Assembly: GCF_001194135.2 (NCBI RefSeq)
Contig: NC_068992.1
Span: 49,935,555 to 49,999,554, forward strand
Direction: 5' to 3'
Length of the DNA stretch: 64,000 nucleotides
Source of the DNA: Octopus bimaculoides
Taxonomy: Eukaryota
Position numbers and translations under genes: made by a program. The notes beneath the pieces were generated by a model, which saw nothing but the letters and a program-made list of their open reading frames with translations, did not search any database and had not been told where the DNA came from. Positions within the stretch are counted from its first letter, which is position 1, and each line of letters starts with the position of its first letter. This document shows positions 1 through 13,000 of the stretch, piece by piece.

Positions 1-535
1 TACTACCTACTCCTTTTCTACATACTGAGCAGGGCCATCTACCTGAAGGGGTTTGTGTTTTATCTACCTTCCTACTTATTAGGATTTTGGTTTTAGCTAG
101 GTTGACTCTAAGGCCTTTCAATTCTAGACCTTGCTTCCACACCTGAAACTTCTCCTCTAGTTCTGATAGTGACTCCGCAATTAGGGCAAGGTCATCAGCA
201 TAGAGGAGCTCCCAGGGGCAACCTGTCTTGAACTCCTCTGTGATTGCCTGGAGGACTATGGTAAATAAGAGGGGGCTGAGGACGGAACCTTGGTGGACCC
301 CTACCTCTACCCGGAATTCATTGCTGTACTCATTTCCAACCCTCACCTTACTGGGGCCCCAACTCCTTAATCACACAGCCCCAACTATACACATCTACAA
401 TAAGAATTAGTATCTGTTTAGCTCATTATTAGCCCTCCCACAATATTTCTCATTTTCATTCTGGCCACTGACCTTCTTGCATCAGTTTTCCATTGATTAT
501 CCCCACTCCCTACCATCTCTTTCCTTTAATGCTTA
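1..535 (-). mobile_element. RTE-like LINE reverse transcriptase fragment
   Basis: Minus strand reads QGSVLSPLLF...GCPWELLYADDLALIAES...GRWPCSVCRKGVG with a frameshift. Confidence 0.85.
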
Positions 536-2004
536 GCGGTATTTCGTCTGCTGCTACGTTCTGAGTTCAAATTCCGCCGAGGTCGACTTTGCCTTTCATC
601 TTTTCAGGGTCGATTAAATAAGTACCAGTTACGCACTGGGGTCGATATAATCGACTTAATCCGTTTGTCTGTCTTTGTTTGTCCCCTCTGTGTGTAGTAA
701 AGAAATAACACACACAGATAGATAGATAGATAGATACACATACATACATATCAAAGTTTGAAGAAACTTTAAACATTACATTTTTCTCTCTTGGGAAGAA
801 AGGCTTTGTATTAAAACATTAGGAGTCTTGTCTCCTTTCCCTCCACCACCACCACCAGCATAAACACTCACCCAGATTATATCAGCATTAGTAGAAATAG
901 CTGTTTTTGCCAATGCAGACCACTACTACTTTCCATAGCTAGTTCACTTGGCTACCATGTAGTAAAAGATACAGACAGTCTGAGAGATATATTACCAAAT
1001 ACACAGACAGTTTCTTCCTTTGTCAGTTTCAATGAAAGGGATTCAGTTGGTCAAAGAACTGAATTACCTCCTCCTGAATTCATAAGTAACTGAGCATTTC
1101 ACTCACACATATATACCCATGGTCGGATTTATGTTGGGGACAATATAAGTGATGGCCCAGGGGTCGCTTTAACTCAGAGGAGCAGAAAGCTTGGAATTAT
1201 AGGCGTGGTTGTGTGGTAAGAAGCTTGCTTCCCAACCACACGGTTTCAGGTTCAGTCCCACTGTGTAGCACCACGGGCAAATGTCTTCCACTATTAATAG
1301 CCTTGTGGGGACCAATGCCTTCTGAGTGGATTTGGTAGACAACCAAAGCCTTGTAAATGAATTTAGTAAATGGAAACTGAAAGAAGATTGCTCTCTGTCT
1401 CCGTCTCTCCTAGACTTAATATCAAGCAATAGTTGTAAATGAGCATCACTGTCATACAAGCAGTGTCCTTCATTTCCAGGTTTGTCCAGCCATGGAAAAA
1501 TATTAACTTGCTTGGAAATGGGTGGAAGTTGGCAACAGGAAGGGCATCTGGTTGAAGAAAATCTGCCTCAATGAATTCTCTTTGACTCATGCAAGCATGG
1601 AAAAGTGGATATTGAAACAAATGATAATGAAAGAAAATAAAAATAAAAACTAAACAGAGTAGCTTTGTTAGTAAACAGGTCTTTAATTAATTACAATATC
1701 AAAGAATGGTCAGAAGAGTGATGGAAAGAACTCTGGAAGATGAAAATGATTATTTACAAATGCTTGCAGAATCTGACTTGTTTTATGGAACACCTTTACA
1801 ACAACAACAACAAAAAAAAAACACTTTTTGGTAACAGTTTTGCTCTCTTGGCAATATCTGTCTCTCTCTTTCCTTCACATACACACACATACACACTCCC
1901 TATTCCTCGCTTGCTCATTTGTAAAGACACTTTCTTTCTCTCTCTCTCTCTCTCGCACACACACACACAGAGTCTGTGTGGTAGAGAACAGTGGAATTCC
2001 TGGT

Positions 2005-2089
2005 TTATATAGCTTTCCTGTGATATTCAGGTGATGCCACGATGTAATCAGAGAGACTGAATAATGATGAGGTGTTCTTTTGGAGAAAT
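2005..2089 (-). CDS. MORF4L1: MRG15 last coding exon ([27 protein letters not shown])
   Basis: PEYHRKA C-terminus; TTTCAG acceptor, TAA at 2007-2005. Confidence 0.95.
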
Positions 2090-5000
2090 CTGAAAGAAAC
2101 GGACAAAATAGAACTCCATGAAGACAGACTTAAAGACAGAGGCAGTGGAATGAAGGGGAAAATAGGTAGACATAGGGAAATGGTCAGATAAAGTCAAAGA
2201 AATACATACCAAAATGGACAGACAGTAGGTATCGAAATATCGACAAACTGATAATTAGACAGACAAAGACCCAGGTAGAAAGACTGATTTGGGTAATTAG
2301 ACAGATGAAAGATCAGAGAGAGAGAGAGAAAGAGAAAGAGAGAGGTGGTGTTCAGGATAAGGGGTGGATAGACTGACAGATGGAAACAGTAAGAGATAGC
2401 TGGAGTGAAGCACTAACAGACAGGCAGGTAAGGAGACAGATAGACATACAAATAAACAGATAGGTGAAAGGGAAGACAGACAGACAGGTGCTTAAGAAAA
2501 CAGATATACTGGCATAAAAGAAGGTTAAAGGGCAGATAGATAAATAGGTGGGTAAGATGATGGGCAGGTAGACACATAAGTGAAAGGAGAGAGAGATAAG
2601 TGAGAGGGAAAGGTGACAGATAGACAGGTAGGTGAGAGGGAAGAGAGACAGATACACAGGTAGGTGAGAGTAGATAGAGAGGTCAGTGAGAGAACAGACA
2701 TACATACATACAAGGTGAGAGAGCATATAAATAGATGCACAGGTGGGAAAGAAGACAGATAGATCAATAGCCAGGTAGGTGAGAAGTTAAAGAATTAGAT
2801 ACACCGACAGGTAAGGTGAGAAGACAGATTGGAAGGTAAGCAAAAAGATAAATTTAAAATATCATAATATGGACAAATAATGGAACTAAAGACAATTTTA
2901 ACCCCCCCCCCACAAAAAAAAAAAATAACATCACCACCGCCACCATTATTATTACTATCAAGTGCAGTGTTCGGTACATGATGTAATGCCAGTTTGACCT
3001 TTACAGAAAATCAAAGCAGATAAAATAGAAGTAGACATCAGAAGAACTCTGACCCTTTCCCCTCTCCTCACCTCTCTCTCTTTGTGTCCCAAGCTGCCAC
3101 ATATCACTGTGAGAGTGTATGAAACTTCCTTCTTGCCACCTCCTCTGTCCACCACCACAACTACCTGACAATGGAAATCCAATGAAATCTGTTCAAAGAT
3201 TCCTCCATCACCATCCCACCTCGACCCCATGGTATCAGTATTAGCTCATACTTAGCATTGCAGAGGTTACATGGATATGAAGAAGATAGAGGGAGTCCAG
3301 AGAGATTAGGGTGGGGTCATTCGAATATATCCTCCACCTCTTAGCACTGGGTCGCTCATTGTTCATTAGCCGTAGGCGTAGGTGTGATTGTTGCCGTTGT
3401 TGTTTAGCCCCAGGCCAGGTCTGATCAAGCCGACCTATGATCAAAAGTGATGCAGTGAATGGGTGAAGAGAGCAAGAATATGATAGAATAGTGACAGCAC
3501 TTGGTAACAAGCCGGGGCAGTTACAGCTCTTCCTGACCGTGTATGAGTGTTTATGAGACAGCGAATATGAGTGTGTGAGAGTATGAGTGTGAGTGAGTGA
3601 GTGAGTGAGTAAGAGTGCGCTGCTGTGCTGTGTTTGCAAATATGTATATATGGGGGTTTCTAAGTGAATGTGTGTGTGTGTGAGAGAGTGGGTGAGAGTG
3701 CTTGAGTGTATTTGCAAATGTGTATACATGTGAAATTCTAAGTGAGTGTGGGAGATATACAGTTTCTGAGTGTGTGTGTGTGCATGCATTTATGTGTCTT
3801 TCTGAATGTGTGAGAAAGTGTGTGTAGATGCATATGTGCATGTGTATGTGTGTACGCATGGATCAGCATGTTGCTGTTAGGATTGAGGAGTAACTGATAT
3901 TTAATACTAAGCTTGCTTCCCAATCTTATGATCTTGGGGTTCAGTCCATCTGTGTGGCACTTAAGGTAAGTGACTTCTGCAACAGATAGCCCTGTAGGAA
4001 CCAAAGCCTTATGAGTGGATCTGGTAGACAGAAACTGAAAAAAGCCCATTGTGCATATGTGTGCATGTGTGTGTTTGTGTTGTTTGTCTCCCACCACTGT
4101 TTGGCAACTAGTGCCGATTGGTTTATGTCTCTAACTTGGTGGTTTAATTTAATGAAAATACCAGACTTAGAAAAACAAGTGCTCAGGTCAATTTGTTCAA
4201 CTAAACACTTCAAGGTGGTGCCCCAGCATGGTCGTGGTCCAATGACTGAAACAAGTAGTAAAAGATAAAAAGCAAACACAAGAGGGATACTCACTGTAGG
4301 AAGTCATGAATGTGCAGCATTAATAACTGGATACTCTTCTCATCCAGAGACGTGTAGGTCAACATTCCTCCGATTTTCACTGAAAAACACAACACACCCT
4401 TACATCAAGATCACATATAAGATTATAGGGGGTCCACACAACAAAAGTGTAAATTGGGGAGCTACAATAATATTTTAAGGGCCCCTGAAAAAATTTGCTT
4501 TGATGTGTGTATTGGTATGTATTGCAAAAAACAGGGTTCTTTTCTATGGCTAGATGCCTTCTTTCTGTAACATATTACATAGTTCAACCTACAATAGTTA
4601 ATGTGTAAAAAACAAAATAGGAATCTTGAAAGAAGTTTCAATAAAACTAATTTTTAAATATTGAATGGCTGGTGGAGGGCAGAATAAAATAGTAATCCAT
4701 AGATAAAAAATGAATGAGAACCCTTGAGATTTATCATCATTTAGCATCTGTTTTCCATGCTGGCATGGATTAAATGGTTCAACTATAACTGGTCTAGAGA
4801 GCTGCACCAGGCTCCAGTCTGTTTTGGCTTAGTTTCTATGGCTGGATACTTTCCTAACACCAACCATTCCACGAGGTGTATTGGGTGTCTTTTATGTGTC
4901 ACCAGCGCGGGTACCAATAAGGTGTCACTGGCACAGATGCCTTTAATGTGTCACCAGCGTGGGTGCCTTTAACATGTCCAGTGACTGATGAGTATGTCTG

Positions 5001-8000
5001 GTCAAGGTTTACATTTTAAGAAGCTAATTAAAATGCCATCACATGTATGGATAATGTTGGTCTAACACTAGTTATTGAGACCTATGCCTGTGAGGGAACT
5101 ACTATGTGGTTGTTTGACTTGTTAAACACAACAGCCAAATTTCCTTCAAATCCAACTTTTACATTTTAACCCTTTTGATAGGGAATCATCTGAGACTGCC
5201 ATTTGTTCTTTGAGGAAATAAAACTTTCCTGTTTTAAAGTGAATTAAATTAAAATCTTCCATCAAAATATGTGAATTTATGTTCCAAACATCAGCTTCAT
5301 AGTGACAAAGTTATTTTACAAAATCTTCCATTATTTCCAAAATTATTTGAAACAAGGGCAGCATATTTCAACAGAAAAAAGCAAACAAAAGTTACCATCC
5401 CTTTTGATCCGAACCCACTTGAGACTGTCCCTGATTCTTTGATATAAACTCCTTTTCTTAAAGTGATCTTAATTAAAACATTCCAACACAGTTTCATGTT
5501 GGGCTGGCAGAATCATTAGCAAAGCGGGTGAAATACTTAGCAGCATTTCATCCATCTTCACATTCTGAGTTCAAATTCCGAGGTTGACTTAGCATTTCAT
5601 CCTTTCGGGGTCGATAAAATAAGTACCAGTTGAGTATTGAGGTCAATGTAATCGACGTGCTCTCTCTCCCCCAAAATTGCTGGCTTTGTGCCAAAATTTG
5701 AAATCAATTAATGTTCTAAACACCAGATTAATAACGACAAAGTTATTTTGCTATATTCTTCATCATTTTCAAAATGAACAGAAACAAACACTGTGTGTTT
5801 CTATGTTGTCATGAGCTTCATGGTTCTGTTGCAGTACTGCAACATGCATGAAGAAAAACAGTCTTTGTGAAGAACATATATAGAATGGTCGCCTATAAAT
5901 CAACAACTTCATGAAACATAGTGAGGAATGGGGTCTTACCAAATAGTCGCAGCAAATGAATCACTCCATAAATGGCTGACATGGGGGTGTCAGGATAGTC
6001 AGCTAGAATCTGAACAACAAAAACAAATTTAAAAATATGTGATGGACAATGATTTACCAAGAAGAAAATGAAGGAAGAGATTATTGATGCAGTGAGAAGT
6101 ACAATTAACTATAAGGATATATTTAGGGCGAGGGACTTGGTTGAAGCATACATTAGGATTAATTAGGAATAAACAACAGGACAAGGATCAGTGACAACAC
6201 TGTGTAACATGATTTGGGTAGCAACTGTTATCTCTGATTTGCTTACCCCTAAAGAGTATGAAAAATGGCTAATGTTTCCTTCAAACTTTGATTTTTGTTA
6301 CATTTATGCAAACCTCAAAGAATCCCTCTCAACACATGGCTATGATGCTCCCCCATTATTCCTGCTTGTGATCAGAAATGCACATATTGTCTGCCACTAA
6401 TGGACATGCTCAAGTGGTTAAGGTCACGCAACTGACAGGCAAATCTGTAGTATTGTGCAGAATATTTGCTATAACGATATTTCTGCATCAGCAACTTGGT
6501 ACTGAAATGTAATGGAAAATAGGCCAGTTTCAAAACGTTGATATCCCAGTCACAAAAGCAAAATTTGAAGAGAATATTGTTTCCTTGATTTCTAGACAGA
6601 GGCAAATAGGAAATAAGACTTACTGATCGAAGACAACAAAAAAAATTGTTACATATTTAAATGCTGTAATTTATACAAGTAATGCAGTTATACAAAACAG
6701 GGCTTCTAAAATAAAATTATACGAGGGGGCACAGAAGTTCCTGGCTTTAAGGCCTGGTTGGAGTCCCAGCCTTCAGAGTTGTTTTTATAGGGCTTAGAAA
6801 AACTGAAGGACCACTGCAATAAGTATGTGAATCTGAGAAGGGAATATGTTGAATAATATCATAATAAACTAATCCGCCTGTATTTTTTTTTTATCCAAAG
6901 CCAGGAACTTTTCAGCAACCCCTCATACAGGAATGGCTATGTGGTTAAGTTTGCCTCCACATAATTTTGGGTTCAGTCCCACTGCATGGTACCTCGGGTG
7001 GTTGGGAAGCAAGCTTCTTACCACACAGCCACTTTCATGATAAATTTTTAATTATTATGAAATTACCTCTTTGTTGAGTGTACAGACAATTATTTCTACT
7101 GTTTTTCTTTTTGTTTTTGTTTTTCTTTCTCTAATCAAGAAGAAACTTTCACTCAATCACTTTTCATAGAAAGCATTCATAGCATTCAGTGAATTATTCT
7201 TTAGCTCATTTATCAAAATTTATGCTATTGGCTCATTTAAGTTACTTCCCTTAGCTCATGACTGCACCTGGTTTTCTGATCTAAAATTCAGTGATTTAAA
7301 GTGAAAATTATCAAAATATGTTAATTGATATTTCAAATATCAGATTAAAAATGACAAGATAATTTTACTAAATTCTCCCTTATTTCCAAAATTAATTGAA
7401 GTGAAGGCAGTGTATTTCAACAGAGGAATGGTAACAAAAGAGTTAATGGTGACAAATGTTGGAAATACCACTTACCTCAGCATATTGTGGTCTCTCAAAT
7501 TTGTATAGTAATTGTGTCCCTAACATAACGTTAAAATATTCCCGGATTCCATGGGTCACTTGCAACAAAGTCTCCCTAAAATTCAGATATGCATTCAGGT
7601 GTGAAAAAGGGAAGAAATTTAAGATAATAAAAAAAAAACATTGGATTTTTAAAGAAGATAATTTTTAAGTCAGGCACAAGGACAAAATTTTTTTAGAAAA
7701 TTATGGGAGGAGAATAATTGCTCTTTGTTGCTCTTGCCAAATGCACCCAGTATAACACAATACGAGAGACAAATTAAGAAGAAATTAATTAAATACATTA
7801 TTGTTATATTTGGAGGAGAAGGGTCATTTTTTTCCCTTGCCAAATAAACACATGCACTATATATTTGTTCTTCACTCGTTTATTACTATTCTCTGAAGAA
7901 AGGAGGAAACACATAGGATGAAAAGTTACTGAAGAGGTCACAAGTGTGTGGCAAAAGATTTCCAACCATTGAACATAAAATAAGAACAGCAATAAACAAG

Positions 8001-10006
8001 CGAAGAACGAATATATAGTGCATGTGTTTATTTGGCAAGAAAAAAATGACCATCCCCAAATACAACAATATCTGTTTCAACACACAATTACACATCAGGA
8101 ATCTTGCAAAACAAATACATGGACGTAAAAAATTAAATATATTACTGTTTAATTAATGTAGAAAAGTTGAGCTTACTTGGGCATGGTCCCTGTTTTTAGC
8201 TTGTAGGCCAGATATTGCTCTAAGATTGAGTCAATTGTGGTTCGAGCAGGTAACGAGACAAGCTAGGGAGAAAAAACGAAAAAAAAGAGAAAAACAAAAT
8301 ACATACAAATCTCATGAGAAAAACCTATCATCAAAGGGGTTCCAACCACGACATGACCATCCTGTCTTTCTAGGTGGTTCCTGAGTGAATTGGAACAATG
8401 TGAAATAAAGTGTCTTGCTCAAGAACACAACACACAGACAGGTTCGGGAATGAAACTCACTACATCATGATTGTGAACCTAACATTTTAATCACTGAGCC
8501 ATGAGACATGCATTATTTTACATTGCACTTGTTAGTAGTGATAGCAAGATTTTAAGAGATTCCCTGCCTATTTAGCTTAAAGTTAACCTCAGCTTTAACT
8601 ACAAAAACACCTGCGTGATGCCACTTTAAAGTGCCTGTGTGGCGTCACATAAAAGTGACCATGTGGTGTCATGAAAAAGTGCCAGTGCGATGCCATGCAA
8701 AAGCACCTATGCAGGGCCATGTAAAAGCACCCATGCGATGCCACATAAAAGCATCCAGCACTCTGTAAAAGAAGGGTATCAAGCAGTAGAAACCATGCCA
8801 AATCAGACTACAGTCTGATGCAGCTCCCCAGTTCTGGTCAAACACCATCCAACACATGCCAGCATGGAAAACAGACTAAACTCTTCAAGGCGAGGTTCCA
8901 GCATGGTCGCAGTCCAATGACTGATAACAAGTAAAAGAATAAAATAAAAGAATCTGAGACAAAATCCTGGGTATTGTCAGTTTTCAGTCCAAGAGATGTT
9001 TTATGATGGAAATGACATTGTCTTCTCTACCTGCTTCTGTCTGGTTATTAAGTCCCAGTCATCAACAAGCCAGGGTTTCAAATCTTCGGGTAGCTTTACT
9101 TTTACTTCCATCTTTGATGGGAAATGATCCTCCTGAAGGAATATAAACATAGATATTTTTTTAAAAAAAGGGTAAAGAAAAAAAAAAAGCAGCAAACAGT
9201 TTTATATAAAGAGAGAGAGAGAGTGAATAGCTGAATCAGCAAACTGCCAGACAAAATGGTTAAAGACTAGCAAAAATGGTCAAACGCAGAATAAAAGACC
9301 TTATGGTGTGGCTGTGTGGTAAGAAGCTTGCTTCCCAATCACATGTGAGTGAATTTGATAAACAGAGACTGAAATAAGTCTGTCAAATAAATATGTGTAT
9401 GTGTGTTGATCTGTACTCTTGTCTCGATAACATGTGGACTGAGTTTATTAAACACAGAACCTAAGGTCACAGAAGAAATACTGCTAAGCAGTTTTTCTGG
9501 CACATTAAGGATTCCACCAGCTCACAGTCTTATTAAAAGGAATAATAATGACAGTGATGATGATGATAAATAATTAAGTCAAACATTACAATATATATAT
9601 ATACCAGTAATTAACCAGAGGGATGAAACATGTTTAGTTAAAAGAACAAAAGTCAAAGAAACCCATATAGAAAAGATTGTGTATCAAAAATTTAGGAAGT
9701 TAGAAATAACATTTATCCTGTTATTGGATCCATAGAAGTTACCTTTTCTGTAATACTGATTTCTCGGATCTGTGTGTGGATTTGGCATGGTTTGCTGTCT
9801 TTCTCCACATTTGTACTGTTGCTTATTTCTGAATGGTCCGATTCATTAGGGGAGTCCACCTCTTTTCTACCTTTACCCCGACCACGCTTCTGCAGGCTCC
9901 AATCACTGGTGTTCACTTTGTTGTCTTCAGATGCAGACTTTCGTACTTTATCAGATGCTTTCCAAGCAGCTCTTCGGGTTGTTGATTCTTCTTTTTCCTA
10001 TTAATT

Positions 10007-10040
<34 letters not shown>

Positions 10041-13000
10041 TTTCCCTAAAAGAAATGGAGAAACTTTTAAAATACAAAGACCTGGAAATAGAGGTAAGTC
10101 GAATGTGGAATCTAAAAACAGAAACAATTCCTATCATAGTAGGTGCCTTAGGTATAATAAAAAAATATTCAGACAAATACATAACAAAAACACCAAGACT
10201 TATAAATATATATAGCATACAGAAAATTGCACTACTGGGTACTGCACACATCCTATGCAAAACACTTTCAATACAGTAACCATAAGAGCATCACAGCAAA
10301 CCACAGCACATACCTAAGGCACACAGAGCTGTGCTCGGTAGTGAAGTGAAAGCACGTTATAAAACTAAAACTACTGAATAATAATCCTTTCTACTATAGG
10401 CACAATGCCTGAAATTTTGGGGGAGAGGAATTAGATTACATTGACATCAGTGGTGCTTATTTCATCAACCCCCGAAAGGATGAAAGGCAAAGCTGACCTT
10501 GGCAGAATTTGAACTCAGAACACAAAGAATATATGCTGCTAAGCATTTTGCCTGGCATGTTAACGATTCTGCCAGCTTGCGACCTTAATAATAATTCTTT
10601 CTAATTTTGGCACATGACCAGCAATTTTGAGGAGAGGAGGCAAGTCAATTACATTTACCCCAGTATTTAACTAGTACTTCATTTCACTGACCCTGGAAGA
10701 ATGAAAGGCAAAGCAAAGTCAACCTAAGTGGAATATGAACCCAGAATGCGAAGAGCCTGAAGAAATGCTGCTAACAATTTTGTCTGACATGGTAATGATT
10801 CTGCCAGCTTGTTGCCTTGGACAGTAATAACTTGCTCAACTCACACCAGCAAGGAAAGCAAATGTAAAATGATCATGAATTCCAAATTAAGTTGGTAAAT
10901 GAGAAACAATTCTCAGAACTACCATTCCAAAACTCATTACAGCTTAGTTCAATCTAAATGTATTAGTTTTGTTGGTTGTTTCAAAGAAATTTATTTTCAT
11001 CTGTTTCATATTCTCATTGAACCATGGAATTCTCACAGAATAACCATTAACCAATCTCTTTCCATTCATGAGTTTTCTTATTTAACCAGAATGACTGAAA
11101 ACTATACAGGCATACATCAACTCATGTCGTTTCAAGTTGCATCTTTTTCAAATTAATGTTTTTTTTTTTAAAGAAATTAATAGAAAAAAAAAAACCTTCA
11201 ATTTCAGTTTACATCAGTTTAGGGGAACATATTTAAAAGCATAGAAATTTCAGAAAACACTTAAAAATCAAATAAAATACATCTGAAAATATGAACGAAC
11301 CATTTATTAAAAGTGATATAAAGTAATAAATCTTTAAAAATGTTTTTTTGTGTTATGATGATTTTTGAGTGAAGTTGCATGTCTTGGAACCATTTACCAA
11401 TGGAAGCTGAGATATGCCTTTATGTGGCACTGTCAGTTAAGAGGGTTCCAGTTGATCTGACCAATGGAACAGCTTGCTTGTGAAATTAATATGCAAGTGG
11501 CTGAACACTCTCCAGACACATGTACCCTTAATGTACTCCACAAGGAAATTCAGTGTCCACAGAATGTAACAAGGCTGGCTCTTAGAATTACACAGGTAAA
11601 ACTCATTCTTACCAGCTGAGTGGACTGGAGCAATGCAAAATAAAGCGTCTTGCTCGAGGGCACAATATGCAGCCGGGATGCGTACTTTCACACATAGCTT
11701 ATATGTACCTGTGTAAGGAACATGAAATAAAAACGCTTCTGTTTAATAAAAGTAAGAACTCAAAGAACATGTTAACTTACCGATTCCACATTGGAGTCTA
11801 GTTTTGCCTTCTTTCGCTTTAAGTCTGCACTTGTTGTCTGTGTTGAGGCTGCACTTGAAGACGCACTACTGTTGCTGTCGGTGGCTGATGATTGGGCTAA
11901 AATGGGAAATCCATCCAACACAGCTTCATTATCAAATATTTCATACAGCCACAGGGATAGTGCAGAAAATTAGCAATCAACTGAACTTGGTTACAATATA
12001 TTTACCAGTAATTAACCACGAATGAAATGTGCTTAGTTAAAACTGGTTCTCAACAATTTTTCACCTATGGGCCTCTTTGATTATTATTTTACGCTAGTAG
12101 CTCCCCATAGCCATTTGATGTTTTAGAAACTAGTTTTATAGATATTTCTTACAAAGTTTCTATTTTGTTTTTCACATGTTTATTTGCATATGTTAGCAAG
12201 AAACATGTTAAACTATGTTAAGTGTTAGATAAAGAAACCTGGCTGTTACTTGCAATAAATATATCTAAAGCAAAGTTTTTTCATGGACCCTTAGAATAAT
12301 ACTGTGGATCCCCAAATTACTATTTTGCAAAATCTTATACAAACCTTGGTTGAGAACCACTGAGTTAAAAGAACAGGAAGCTAGAAATAACATTTTCTAT
12401 TGAAATTGGGATCGCATTGTACCTGCACATTACCAAACTACAATCAACACAACATATTTTAATATCTGCACTGTACCTTCACACATATACTAACTCATAG
12501 ACTGCACCACCACCACACAACAGACTCAGCTACACTGCACCCCCACACAATGTAATGGGGTGTATTACATGGTACCCAGATTAGACTGAATTAAGATAGA
12601 GCAGGACACTGGAGACGTAGATTGTTTCTGGATGTTTGATTGGCAATCTTTATGCTGTAACAAGTCAACTAGGGATTGGCTGGGAATAAAGAACAACAAC
12701 AACAACTATAACCGTGCAATAACAAGAACAACAACATGCGTACACCTACGTGCTTTAGGCTTTGATGACTTCTCTCCTGGCAGTGATGATTTATCTTTTT
12801 CTACTTTCTTGACAGCTTTAGTTTTCCGAGAGCCTCTACAATGGAACATCGATAGTCATGGTTACAAGATTTAATGAAGGACAATGTATGTGGTTGGGGT
12901 ACATAAATACGTAAGAGTGCAGATGCCTTGTTGATAATTTGTGTGCTTGTATGAGAATGGATGCGAGAATGTGTTAACAGATGTGTATGAGAGGATACAT

